Assembly: GCA_963663805.2 (NCBI GenBank) | Contig: CAXXMR010000012.1 | Span: 128,001-192,000 of the forward strand | Direction of reading: 5' to 3' | From: Sedimentisphaerales bacterium | GTDB taxonomy: Bacteria > Planctomycetota > Phycisphaerae > Sedimentisphaerales > SM23-30 | DNA length: 64,000 nt | In this document: in pieces, positions 17,883 through 27,637 of the stretch | Layout of the letters: each line of letters starts with the position of its first letter | How positions within the stretch are numbered: the stretch's first letter is position 1 | Notes under the pieces: generated by a model | What the model was told of the DNA's origin: nothing | Seen by the model: only the letters and a program-made list of their open reading frames with translations | Database searches by the model: none | Position numbers and translations under genes: made by a program

Positions 17883-19706
17883 TTATCTGGCAGGCTTGCT
17901 CTGCTCGCGCATTTTCTTAACCACGCCGGTTTGAAGCGAACGCAGGCTTTCGGGCCAGCAATATTTATCTATGCTCAACCGGGAAACCGTCCCATCCTGT
18001 TCCCGGAACAGCAGGTCGGTAGTTTCCACTTCCTTGAAGGACGTCCCGATCTGGCACCAGTATTTAACTCCGGGAACAATATCAATTACGGTAGCATAGG
18101 TGCGATAATCAATCTCAACATCTGTCTGCGTTTCATCTCGTGCGGCGGTTGAGCGACGTTCGTTTCTATCATCAGAGGACCGGTCAGCCACTTTTTCGCC
18201 AATCATTATGCCAGGCGTGATTCGGAAGAGTTTTTTGTGCCACTCGCCTTCATGGAGACGATAGACCTCGACCGACATATTAAGCGCGTCCTGGCCCGTA
18301 GTTGATTTGGGCACAAAGAAAAGGCGTTCAGGGATGCGTGCGATAAGTTGTTTTTCGGGCTGGTCCTGGGTCGGAGTAAACTCGGTCCAGAGTATCGGTT
18401 TAAATTTCAATTGCTGCTGCTGCTCGGTAAACCAATCTCGCAGAGCGATAGGATTAAAAATCCCCAATCTAATCCTGTAACGATAAGTTCTGCCGGGCAG
18501 AGCCCGTCCGTCATGAGCCCAGACGGTAATATTTTCTTCGTCAAGCTGAGTAATATCATAAGTCAACGCACCGCCGGTATGGGTTCTTCGAACATCCTGA
18601 GCGGGACCGCCGGGTGCCATCCCCATATCCATGCCCATCCCCATATCCATCATGGGCATGTCCATCATTGGCATACCACCGCCGGGCATTCCCATACCGC
18701 CGGGCATATCCATCATCATATCACCACCGCCGCCGCCCATTCCGCCGGGCTGACGACGCTGCTGCTGCTGACGCGCCCTTAACGCTTCGCGCCGGGCTTT
18801 GGCTTTTTCTTCGCGGTCCGCGCCGGAGTTTCTGCCGCCGGAAGCCCTGTCCTCCTCTTCGGTCGGGGGCATCCACGGTTCAAGCACCATATCGTAAGGC
18901 CAGGGCTGAATCACTTTCATTTGAGTGTCGGGATATCTTCTCTGGCCCATGACAACTTCAAACTCTGGGTATGACTTGGTGACTAATACATCTTCGTCCA
19001 TCTCTTTGTCGAACAGAGGGTCAACTTCAAGTCGGGAAACTGTCTGCCAATCGCTCCATGAACCATCAGGCATCAGTCTGCTGCGCTGCAACTGAACCGC
19101 CGCGAGGACCGGGTCGGGACTTTCCAGAGGCTTCTCAACTGTAGCTCCGGCAAAACTTTTTTGAAAATCTTCTTTGATTTTAGACCAGGGAAACTTCGCA
19201 GAGAGAGTGACAAAATCAGCGTCTTGCTCAACCAGACCGGTACTGTTACCGGGGGCCAACTGTTGGTCTGGTTCATCGTCAGGCACCCAGGCCAGACCGT
19301 GATTCAACTGGATTTTGACATCGTTGAGCTGGGGCATGTCAGGGACGACATAAGTTCGGGGATCTTCCGGCCCGGCAATGCCGATACGATGTTCGGGGAA
19401 CAGGGGCATTCTGTCAACATCAAGAATAGCCAAAGGTTCGACTTTACCGAACCAATCAGCCCTGGGCTGATAAACAGGAGGCAAAGGCTCACTCGTAGGC
19501 CTCGATATACTGCCTTTGATTTCCTCAGCCATATCGGCGGCCTGGCTTACCGCCTCAGACGCGGACATGGTTTCGTTATCGAATTTGATTCCGGGCGCAA
19601 ACACATAGCGGGTTACGACTACCCAGACACAAACCGCAACGGCGATAAGTAAAACAAGTTTTTCGACATGCGCCTCAAAAATATTGAGCGATTGTTTTTT
19701 TGCCAT
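17883..19706 (-). CDS. Hypothetical membrane-anchored protein of the pilM operon, with Met/Gly-rich tract
   Basis: 607 aa, N-terminal TM (HVEKLVLLIAVAV), FN3-like PGRTYRYRIR, Met-rich insert. Confidence 0.8.
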   Translation of the reverse strand: MAKKQSLNIFEAHVEKLVLLIAVAVCVWVVVTRYVFAPGIKFDNETMSASEAVSQAADMAEEIKGSISRPTSEPLPPVYQPRADWFGKVEPLAILDVDRMPLFPEHRIGIAGPEDPRTYVVPDMPQLNDVKIQLNHGLAWVPDDEPDQQLAPGNSTGLVEQDADFVTLSAKFPWSKIKEDFQKSFAGATVEKPLESPDPVLAAVQLQRSRLMPDGSWSDWQTVSRLEVDPLFDKEMDEDVLVTKSYPEFEVVMGQRRYPDTQMKVIQPWPYDMVLEPWMPPTEEEDRASGGRNSGADREEKAKARREALRARQQQQRRQPGGMGGGGGDMMMDMPGGMGMPGGGMPMMDMPMMDMGMGMDMGMAPGGPAQDVRRTHTGGALTYDITQLDEENITVWAHDGRALPGRTYRYRIRLGIFNPIALRDWFTEQQQQLKFKPILWTEFTPTQDQPEKQLIARIPERLFFVPKSTTGQDALNMSVEVYRLHEGEWHKKLFRITPGIMIGEKVADRSSDDRNERRSTAARDETQTDVEIDYRTYATVIDIVPGVKYWCQIGTSFKEVETTDLLFREQDGTVSRLSIDKYCWPESLRSLQTGVVKKMREQSKPAR

Positions 19707-19774
19707 TTCATATCCTTCTCACTGGAAAGCTTTGCTCAGGGGGAAGATGGTTACTAGTTAAACTTTGCGGTAAT

Positions 19775-21148
19775 TTATCTTTTCATCATACCTGGTCCAC
19801 CGGCCTGTACGGGCTCGAACAGAGCTTTGACATCCGCGGGCATAATATCAGAATAACCGCTCTTGAAAAGAGTATATTCGCAAATCATCCTTAAAGTTAC
19901 AAGTGAACCTGGGCCATAATAATAGCCCGCGTTTTTCTCCGCTTCGGGGTCGATTGGGTCAAGCGTCATCTGCAAAACAGTTATCTGGCTTTGCTGTACC
20001 GGGTCCTGGTCAGGCCTTAGGCGTCCTGTCTGAAGAGCGTTAATAAAATCATTCACTGCGGTTGACTCAATAATCGCGGCAATTTCAAGATGGACTACGT
20101 CAATCAAATCATCACCGACCCTCTTGGTCCAGGGATATGTCATAATTCCCGCGGCCATCGAAACGTCGGCTTCGGCCCCCTGAGCCCCAATAACATAATC
20201 CGGCAGAGAATTCATACTGCCGGCTCTGCGAGGGGCGACAACCCCGGTATCGGCACGGCGTGAAGAAGCACCGCCTTTGCCCGAATCAACTTCGGCGCCA
20301 TTGAAGGAAACTTCTATTAACCTTTTAAGAGGTGAGTCTGCCACACGTTGCGATTCACCATTCATGAGTTTAACCGCATTGACAACATCCTGTTGAATCC
20401 AGGCCGCCAGCTGCGTAAACCACATATCCATAAGCATAATGGGTTTTTCGAGATTGGGCTGAGTCTCCCAGTAGTTATAAGCGGCAAAACAATCTTTGTT
20501 GGCATATACCGTAATGCTTTCAGACCGCTGACGCCGGAGTTCGTTTACCAGCTTCTGGGCAGGACTATCCTCGGCAACCCGTGTCCGGCCCGGCATAGCC
20601 ATCCCCATTCCCATATCCATGCCCATGTCCATCATGCCGCCGCCACCAGGAGCAATGCTGCGAGTATTTTTTTCGCCAACGATATTTTTCTGATAGTCCA
20701 GACGAACCTTTTCCTCTTCATGTTCGCTGGGCCTGTCCGCTGCGTTCATCTGCACAAGATAGTCTTCGACAACCTTCAGATAATTATTAGAGAAGTTTCT
20801 ATAATAGATAATCGGATTACCGCTGCGCAGATCAGGAAATACTTCTTCGCGCGGGTCAGAACAAATCAAGGGACGGGCGGATGTCTGGGCAGCCTTTTCC
20901 AAAACGACTTTCAGATCCTGATTGGCAAGATTACCGTTTTCCGTAAACCGGGCGTAAACCTGGTCATTCAAACCGCGGGCGGCGCTGCGGGCACCGGGGA
21001 CACTGGAAAGGGTGGTTTCAAGTTTCTTGCGAGCCTGAGCGTTTTCCCCGGCTTTCATATACCCCGGCACAAAAATCCCAATACCGGCTAAAACCACCAG
21101 GCAGCAGATTAGCATGAAAATATTCTTTTTGATAAAGTTCATAAGCAC
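19775..21148 (-). CDS. Hypothetical membrane-anchored protein (PilO-like position), with Met/Gly-rich tract
   Basis: 457 aa, N-terminal TM, lies directly after pilM. Confidence 0.78.
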   Translation of the reverse strand: MLMNFIKKNIFMLICCLVVLAGIGIFVPGYMKAGENAQARKKLETTLSSVPGARSAARGLNDQVYARFTENGNLANQDLKVVLEKAAQTSARPLICSDPREEVFPDLRSGNPIIYYRNFSNNYLKVVEDYLVQMNAADRPSEHEEEKVRLDYQKNIVGEKNTRSIAPGGGGMMDMGMDMGMGMAMPGRTRVAEDSPAQKLVNELRRQRSESITVYANKDCFAAYNYWETQPNLEKPIMLMDMWFTQLAAWIQQDVVNAVKLMNGESQRVADSPLKRLIEVSFNGAEVDSGKGGASSRRADTGVVAPRRAGSMNSLPDYVIGAQGAEADVSMAAGIMTYPWTKRVGDDLIDVVHLEIAAIIESTAVNDFINALQTGRLRPDQDPVQQSQITVLQMTLDPIDPEAEKNAGYYYGPGSLVTLRMICEYTLFKSGYSDIMPADVKALFEPVQAGGPGMMKR

Positions 21149-21194
21149 AATCTCGAAATTAAGGTTCTCTGAGAATCAGAATTATAAATTATAT

Positions 21195-23681
21195 TCAACC
21201 TTTGTCTTTGCCGGCTTCCGGCTTGAGCTGGATTTTCAGCTTGACCCGGAACCAATAGTCATGATTTTCTACGGCAGGCTCGTTGTTCTCAAACTTGATT
21301 TCGCCGTTATCTTCCATAACGTAAGTGTCACTGATAGGCTCCATCGTCAACGGGTCGATATAAATCGGAAGGTCCGGAACATTTTTGCGGGTCGCAGTAT
21401 GCGTTCCGCCACCGGCCATGGGATTCCACACTCCCGTTCTTCCGGTCGTCCTCACGGGCTCTTCGACCTTGAGAACTCCAATACCTTCCGGCTGCTTGTC
21501 TTCTGGTTTGCCGCTCAACCAACCACCTTCGGTTGTGTCAAAATACCAGGTAAGTTTATCCTCCGGGTCAACAAATGCGTTAAAGGGCAGATTGGCAACA
21601 GCTTCGGGGATTGCAACCTCCGCGGCAACAGTCTCAGCCTGTCCCGGAGCAGTCGCGGGAGGGGCAGTCGGCAGCGCAAAAGGTTTATTTTGGCCAGGCA
21701 CTGCCGCAGGGGCGGGTTTATCTTTTTTATCCTGAGCTCTGATTTCCTGGTCACTAAGCCCCAGGTAACGCAGCCTCTGGAAGAAACCCCATTTATCCCT
21801 TTCGTATTTTACGTTCGACGGCTCCAAAAACTGCAAGTCATCCTTATGCGGAGTACTGCCTTCTATCACCACGACAAAACCAGGCACCGGATCTTTGGAG
21901 GTACGGTCAAAGGTATCAACAACTGTCCGGCTGCTTCCGGCCCCCCTGCCGCCGGGCATCCCCATACCCATTCCCATTCCCATTCCCATTCCCATACCGG
22001 GCATCCCCATACCCATGTCCATCATGGGCATGTCCATCATTCCCATATCCATCATCATGCCACCACCGCCACCTGCGGGCGTACGGCCGCGGTTGCCGGC
22101 ACCAGCCGATTCCCAGCCTTTGGTAACTTCATCGAAACTCTTATATAGATTGTCAGTATAAATAATTTTTATGTTGGAAAGAAAAACCTGTTCCCGCTCG
22201 CCGCGGTTCAAGGCCAGAATACCTTCCAAATCTCCGTTGGCAAATGCCTCGTACAGGGCCAACTGCTGAGAATCTTCGGTGTAATCCGGGCCGGGCAGAC
22301 AGCCGCGAATAGCCTGGAGAATTTTCGGCACGATAATACGCGGCCCATAAGGCTGCAAATGTCGGGCAATTTCTTTTTGAGCTTTGGTAACAGCGGCCTG
22401 AGCGGCACCCACCGCGGAGCGACGCTGATTCAGAGTGTTGGTCATGCTGGAAATTGCGCCGGTATTGTTCTGAGCTTCCTCAATATCCGCCGACTGAGAA
22501 TAGGCCTGGAACAATGCCAGCAGAGCACTGAAACAGAACGCCGCTGTCGCAGCGATAAACCAAATGCGTTTTTTACGCCATTGGGTGCGACGGGCGATTT
22601 CCTTGGGCAGCAGCGAGCTTTCCACCCGTGCCAGCCCCAACCCCTGCAAAGCCAAACCGTAAGCGACTCCCATCGAAGGGACGTTTTCGGTAAACTGCGA
22701 AACCGAGACCTCCGGCGAAAGTGAAAGCTGGTCAAAATTATCCATCCTCTTGACCGGCAGCGACAGACTCTGCTGCAGAAATTTGACCAGGCCCGGCAGC
22801 TTCATCGCGTTACCCATAGCGATAACTTCGCGGAACTGAACATCACGTTTGCTCGAACTGTAGTAACCCAGCGAGCGCTGAATCTCCGCAGCCAGGTCGG
22901 CGAAAACAGGCCGCATAGCCTGAAAAATCTGACGGGCGTATTTGCTGGTATTGGCGGTACGTTTGATAGCTTCTGCTTTGTTGAATCCCAGCTTGAACGC
23001 CTTCTGGACCGCTTCGGTAAAATGATTGCCGCCGACAGGAATGGTCCGCTGCCAGATACGAGTTCCATCAGCGATTATCAGGTCGGTATTGTCAACCCCG
23101 ATATCCAGAGCGATAACCGCTTCGTTCTGGGTAGCAGCAGAAAGCTTTTTTTCGTAAACGACAAAGTTATAAAGAGCCATCGGGCTCATCTGCACCGAAT
23201 CAATCGTAATCTGGGCATCAGAAAAGGGTTCCAGGGCAATTTTGACTAAATCACTCTTTATCGCGAAGATACCCACTTCGACATCGGGTTGGTCCGGTTC
23301 TTGAAAAACCTGCCAGTCCCATTCCACATCCTTTATGTCAAAAGGAATCTGCTGGCCGGCCTCGAAAGCCACCATCCGGGGAATATTCTTCTTGTCGGTG
23401 TGCGGAAGTTTGACAAACCGGGCAAAACTGTTCTGGCCCGGCACGGCAACGACTACCGCGGAATTGCTCAGGTCATAAGACTGGGCCAGCCTGCTGACCG
23501 CGGCACTTACCAGTTCGACCCGTTGTTGAGGCTCGACGTCCGGCTGAGTCAGAATGGTCTCATGCTCCAGCGCCGCGAAATCAAGTACCTCAACACCATC
23601 CGGGGTAACCCCCAGCTTCAGGGCCTTAATGGTACAGTCTCCAACGTCAATGCCCCAGGCAATCTTGTGAGCCTTTGCCAT
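21195..23681 (-). CDS. pilM: Type IV pilus assembly protein PilM fused to a TM/PilN-like periplasmic extension
   Basis: WGIDVGDCTIKA, FEAGQQIPF, ALDIG, GGNHFT, EIQRSLGYY, AYGLALQG, then SSLLPKE plus TM (PilN-like NLLP motif). Confidence 0.85.
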   Translation of the reverse strand: MAKAHKIAWGIDVGDCTIKALKLGVTPDGVEVLDFAALEHETILTQPDVEPQQRVELVSAAVSRLAQSYDLSNSAVVVAVPGQNSFARFVKLPHTDKKNIPRMVAFEAGQQIPFDIKDVEWDWQVFQEPDQPDVEVGIFAIKSDLVKIALEPFSDAQITIDSVQMSPMALYNFVVYEKKLSAATQNEAVIALDIGVDNTDLIIADGTRIWQRTIPVGGNHFTEAVQKAFKLGFNKAEAIKRTANTSKYARQIFQAMRPVFADLAAEIQRSLGYYSSSKRDVQFREVIAMGNAMKLPGLVKFLQQSLSLPVKRMDNFDQLSLSPEVSVSQFTENVPSMGVAYGLALQGLGLARVESSLLPKEIARRTQWRKKRIWFIAATAAFCFSALLALFQAYSQSADIEEAQNNTGAISSMTNTLNQRRSAVGAAQAAVTKAQKEIARHLQPYGPRIIVPKILQAIRGCLPGPDYTEDSQQLALYEAFANGDLEGILALNRGEREQVFLSNIKIIYTDNLYKSFDEVTKGWESAGAGNRGRTPAGGGGGMMMDMGMMDMPMMDMGMGMPGMGMGMGMGMGMGMPGGRGAGSSRTVVDTFDRTSKDPVPGFVVVIEGSTPHKDDLQFLEPSNVKYERDKWGFFQRLRYLGLSDQEIRAQDKKDKPAPAAVPGQNKPFALPTAPPATAPGQAETVAAEVAIPEAVANLPFNAFVDPEDKLTWYFDTTEGGWLSGKPEDKQPEGIGVLKVEEPVRTTGRTGVWNPMAGGGTHTATRKNVPDLPIYIDPLTMEPISDTYVMEDNGEIKFENNEPAVENHDYWFRVKLKIQLKPEAGKDKG

Positions 23682-23932
23682 CGGTAAATAATCCTTAAAT
23701 CACATGTTTTCGATTATTTTATTTGCCGGCAAGCGGTTATCCCCGCCCCTGCCGGTACGTTCTGTCTGGTCACCTGCTTATATCTACGTATCAGAACCGT
23801 AAAGGGTCGTGGTGTCAATAAAAAAGGGGTATCCTGGTTTCGGTAGAACTACGAGGGTATCAGTTGACCGAATCAAGCTTCTGGATGCTGATAACCGACT
23901 TGCCCCCCGAAAAACATGGTAAAAAGAGGAAA

Positions 23933-24385
23933 TTATTGCGGTTCAGGCCGACCATGCAGCCGAGCAACCTGTTTGCGGGCTTCATCGAGCGTCAGGCCTA
24001 GCGAACGAAGGGCCTTTTCCGCAACACAGTCCTTTTCCCGAAGCAGGCCCAGCAGCAGATACTCCGAACCAACTTTTTTATCCCGGCATTTTTCGGCCTC
24101 CTCTATTGCCAGAGCAATCACCTGCTTATAGTGAGGTGTTCCGGGCAGTCTACCAAAAACCCAGGTTTCTTCCATGCTGTGACGGATAAAATTATGTATT
24201 TCCCGATGAACCGCAGCGGAAGTTATCGAACAATTTTGAAGAATCTGTGAACCCAACCCTATGCCGTGGTCAACTATTGACGTGAGAATATGCTCCGTGC
24301 CGACATATTCCTGACTTTCATGCTGAGCAAGTTTCTCGGCAAGCTTCAGGATGTCTTTAGCGTTTTCAGAGAGATGCTGATACAT
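23933..24385 (-). CDS. Stand-alone Clp N-terminal (double Clp-N repeat) domain protein
   Basis: YVGTEHIL and VGSEYLLLGLLRE repeats; no AAA+ domain. Confidence 0.88.
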   Translation of the reverse strand: MYQHLSENAKDILKLAEKLAQHESQEYVGTEHILTSIVDHGIGLGSQILQNCSITSAAVHREIHNFIRHSMEETWVFGRLPGTPHYKQVIALAIEEAEKCRDKKVGSEYLLLGLLREKDCVAEKALRSLGLTLDEARKQVARLHGRPEPQ

Positions 24386-24427
24386 TATTAAAACTCCAAC
24401 CCTCCGGGAATAAATATGTTATGTTAA

Positions 24428-26143
24428 TCAAGCCCTGGTCACGTCCAATGCCTTGCGAATTTCGCCCAGGAGCTGGTCTACTTTGAACGGCTTATATAAA
24501 ACCGCCGAAAGTCCTTCACGATTGGCACGCACAATTGAATGGCCGGGGTCATAACCAAAACCCGTCATCAGAATAACCGGGGTTGACTGGTCAGCATCGC
24601 GAGCGGCAGCAAAAATCTCGTAACCACTTGCGAAAGGCATCTTTATGTCAGAAATCACCAGGTCGTATTTCTTCTGCTTGAGCATTGCCAAAGCTTCCCG
24701 GCCGTCACAGGCAATGTCGGTCAGACAACCGTACTGCTCCACCACATCAGCTACAGTCTGACGGATGAAATGCTCGTCGTCAACCACCAGAAAATGTCGG
24801 CCAGCAAATTCTTTTTGGTCACCATATGCGGGCTTACCGGGCTTGGCCCCCAGAATACCCTTCGGGGCTGAACGCACCTGGCGAATACCCGATTTGATTT
24901 GGGTGGCCAGGTCTATCACTTTTTGCAGGCGATGACGTATATCATCATGACCGATATAGTCCTCCAGCAGCATCGCCGCCTCCGAGACAATATCGTTCAG
25001 AGGTTCCGACACACACTGATTGAGATTCTGGCTGGTTTCACCGGTGGTCTGATAGCGTTGCACAACCAGTAAGTCCAGAATATTCAAGGCAATAGCGATA
25101 TATCTGCCCAAAATTTCTGCCATCTGTCGGTCGTCTTCGCCAAAAGCACCTGCCTGATGGCTTTCCACGTTCATAGTGCCAATGATACGGTCATGCAGAC
25201 GCAGGGGCACGGTAAGACTGCACCTAACCCCGTCAAGGCCGGGCAGGTAATGGACGTCTATCTCCGGATTATTACATATATAACTGCGACCAGTAGAGGC
25301 TACATAACCAGAAATCCCGTTGTTGTCAGGACTTACAAAAACCTCCGTCTGTTCATCAGCCGGCAGGTCCACCCCAAACAACACCTCCAGCTTGTTATTC
25401 TGGCGGTTCCAGATACGTACCACAAAATGGTCAAAGTGTAGAAGTTTGCGGGCATATCGAACAATTTTGTCCTGAACAACCTGGATACGCTGTTCCACGG
25501 TCATCTCCGCGACCGCCTCGGCTTCCAGCCGAACCAGTTCACGACCGGCACTATCAATCGCTTCGATGCGTTTGCGCAACCGGCGGCTGGAGGTCTCTTC
25601 CCAGATTACCACAGCAACCTGACCGAGCTGCCCTTTCTGATTGGTCATAGGTGTAACCGCCATCTCAAAATAACGGTCGGTCGCCTCGTCGGTCAATGAG
25701 TATTTGCGGGGCCGCCACTGCCCATCCCTGGCAGTACGTCCCTTGCTGATGAGACCATTAAAAAAATCGTAGCCTTTTTTACTGAGCTCAGCCAACTGAA
25801 TCCGAATCGGCTCCGGGAAAGAACCCGCTTTTCGATTCGCCCAGAGCAAGGTGCCGTCACCACTGACAATGCAAACTGCCTCATCAATTGTATTGAGAAT
25901 ATCGACCGCCTGCTGAGAAACCGCCGCCTGCTCCAAGGGAGGAAAACCGCTCTGGTCGGAAAAAACCGCGTCAAAACTGTATTCTCTCAATAACTTAAAT
26001 GCCTGCTGAGCGTTTTCGACCACAAAGATCTCGTATTCAGGTCCCAGAGAATCGAGGAAATCCTGATTTTGCCTTTGAGGGTCACAAACTACCAGCAGTT
26101 TGGGTTTGGTGGCTTTTTCTGACATTTCCGAAGACAGGTTCAT
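24428..26143 (-). CDS. Multidomain signalling protein: degenerate REC, PAS-like, GAF, HisKA-like, REC
   Basis: GAF (GISGYVASTG...VPLRLHDRIIGTMNVES); intact C-terminal receiver (VVDDE, SDIKMP, MTG, KPF); no HATPase domain. Start uncertain. Confidence 0.82.
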   Translation of the reverse strand: MNLSSEMSEKATKPKLLVVCDPQRQNQDFLDSLGPEYEIFVVENAQQAFKLLREYSFDAVFSDQSGFPPLEQAAVSQQAVDILNTIDEAVCIVSGDGTLLWANRKAGSFPEPIRIQLAELSKKGYDFFNGLISKGRTARDGQWRPRKYSLTDEATDRYFEMAVTPMTNQKGQLGQVAVVIWEETSSRRLRKRIEAIDSAGRELVRLEAEAVAEMTVEQRIQVVQDKIVRYARKLLHFDHFVVRIWNRQNNKLEVLFGVDLPADEQTEVFVSPDNNGISGYVASTGRSYICNNPEIDVHYLPGLDGVRCSLTVPLRLHDRIIGTMNVESHQAGAFGEDDRQMAEILGRYIAIALNILDLLVVQRYQTTGETSQNLNQCVSEPLNDIVSEAAMLLEDYIGHDDIRHRLQKVIDLATQIKSGIRQVRSAPKGILGAKPGKPAYGDQKEFAGRHFLVVDDEHFIRQTVADVVEQYGCLTDIACDGREALAMLKQKKYDLVISDIKMPFASGYEIFAAARDADQSTPVILMTGFGYDPGHSIVRANREGLSAVLYKPFKVDQLLGEIRKALDVTRA

Positions 26144-26343
26144 ACTCCTACAAAACTCCAAAATACTTCTAATAGCCTTACTACTACAGACTTAGAATGA
26201 GTATAGCGGCACCGGCAAGTTAAGGGCAACAGGAAATACAACTTTTTTCAAACTCTAACAAGTCATTATTTGCCAACATGTTATAAAATCAAGAGCCAAC
26301 CTGATTCAACTCACTACCCGGAACCGAACGATTATTTCAGCGC

Positions 26344-26370
26344 AGAAAAAGCCCGGCTGTTTTTCAGTCG
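26344..26370 (-). terminator. Terminator downstream of xerC
   Basis: Minus strand GCCCGACTG-AAAAA-CAGCCGGGC-TTTTT. Confidence 0.65.
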
Positions 26371-26437
26371 GGCGCTCTCAATTCCTCCCAGGCAATCAAA
26401 ACTGCATTGCTGGTTTTGGTTCGTAAATATCAAAATA

Positions 26438-27469
26438 TTAAAACTGATTGTGGTCAGTTTGATTATTAGCTGGATAGGGGTTTTCCTGGGCATGGGGATG
26501 GGCTTCATCATAAACCTGTTTCATGCGGTTAGTAGTCAGGTGAGTGTAAACCTGCGTCGTGCTTAACGAACGATGGCCGAGCAACTCCTGCACAACCCGG
26601 AGGTCCGCTCCATTATTGAGCATGTGAGTCGCGAAACTGTGACGCAAAGTATGAGGGCTGATTTTGGGGTCCAGACCAGCCTGAAGGAGGTACTTGTCGA
26701 GTTTGCGGCGTACAGAACGGGTGCTGAGTCGCTGTCCGTGCTTGTTGACAAACAGGGCCTGAAGGTCGAAAGTATCTTTGCGAGGATGAGCGTCGCGGAA
26801 TGTCAGATAGCGTTGAATTGACTGCAACGCAGTCGAGCCGATGGGCGAAACACGTTCTTTTTTGCCCTTACCGCGAACATGAACCACTTCGCCGAGGAAG
26901 TCAATATCGGTCAGATTCAGACCGACAAGCTCACTAACCCGCAACCCGCTGCTATAAAGAGTTTCCAGGATAGCCTGGTCGCGAGCGCCCAGAATCGTGG
27001 TGATGTCAGGACTGTTAAGCAGGATGTTTATCTTTTCCGGGTCGAGACAGCGGGGCAGCCGTTTCTCCTGTTTAGGAGTACGAATAGCCGCCACAGGGCT
27101 GGTCGCGAGATGCCCTCTGCGAACACAGAACTTGTAAAAGCTGCGTAAGGTTGCCAGCTTTCGGGCGGAGGTCGCCTTGGAATAGTTCTGCTCGTTCAGA
27201 AAGGCCATAAAAGCCCGGATATCATTCGTGGTCGCCTGCAGGATCATGGTTTGCGGATCGGCGGCGACCGCCGTGCCGGCCGTTTCCGGCTGGCCGTAAG
27301 CGGAAAGGCTGTTAGCGTCCTGGTCGCCTTCCGCTTGTTCGGTGAGATTTTTGTTGTAGCCAACATACTGATGAAGATCAGCTGAGTAGCATTTTATAGT
27401 ATGCGCGGAAAAATGCTTCTCGTAGTTTAGGTAATTCAGGAAATCGTTGATAACTGGGTAATCTTGCAT
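26438..27469 (-). CDS. xerC: Tyrosine recombinase XerC
   Basis: GLRVSEL, VRGKGKKER, SPHTLRHSFATH, GADLRVVQELLGH, TTQVYTH; complete R-K-H-R-H-Y catalytic set. Confidence 0.88.
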   Translation of the reverse strand: MQDYPVINDFLNYLNYEKHFSAHTIKCYSADLHQYVGYNKNLTEQAEGDQDANSLSAYGQPETAGTAVAADPQTMILQATTNDIRAFMAFLNEQNYSKATSARKLATLRSFYKFCVRRGHLATSPVAAIRTPKQEKRLPRCLDPEKINILLNSPDITTILGARDQAILETLYSSGLRVSELVGLNLTDIDFLGEVVHVRGKGKKERVSPIGSTALQSIQRYLTFRDAHPRKDTFDLQALFVNKHGQRLSTRSVRRKLDKYLLQAGLDPKISPHTLRHSFATHMLNNGADLRVVQELLGHRSLSTTQVYTHLTTNRMKQVYDEAHPHAQENPYPANNQTDHNQF

Positions 27470-27637
27470 GACAAGGTCATTTCCATCGGCGATGGTTTAT
27501 TATTGCTCTGACTTAACGGTGGGTGCTTTTGCTGCTACCGTCTGGCCAGTTCCCACCTCAAACTACCGCCGGGTCAAGGCAATAGTGCAAGGTGCCGCAC
27601 ATATATATATTTCGGTTTCTTAGGCCGCCTACTTGAA

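Noticed and set aside
21114..22148. 344-aa + strand ORF with a His-rich tract
   Set aside because: Antisense shadow of pilM; the His/Pro/Ile runs are the reverse complement of the Met-Gly codons.
26259..26286. dif site next to xerC
   Set aside because: Only ATGTTA resembles the XerD arm, the other arm does not fit, and dif would be unexpected near oriC. Kept only as part of the looser 27-bp motif.
26438..27469. Phage or genomic-island integrase
   Set aside because: Motifs are XerC/D-like, there is no adjacent tRNA or att repeat, and the flanking genes look native.
27518..27557. SRP RNA (GCC-AGAC-GGT-AGCAGC on the minus strand)
   Set aside because: It lacks the CAGG side of the conserved loop and a GNRA tetraloop, and the helix is too short.
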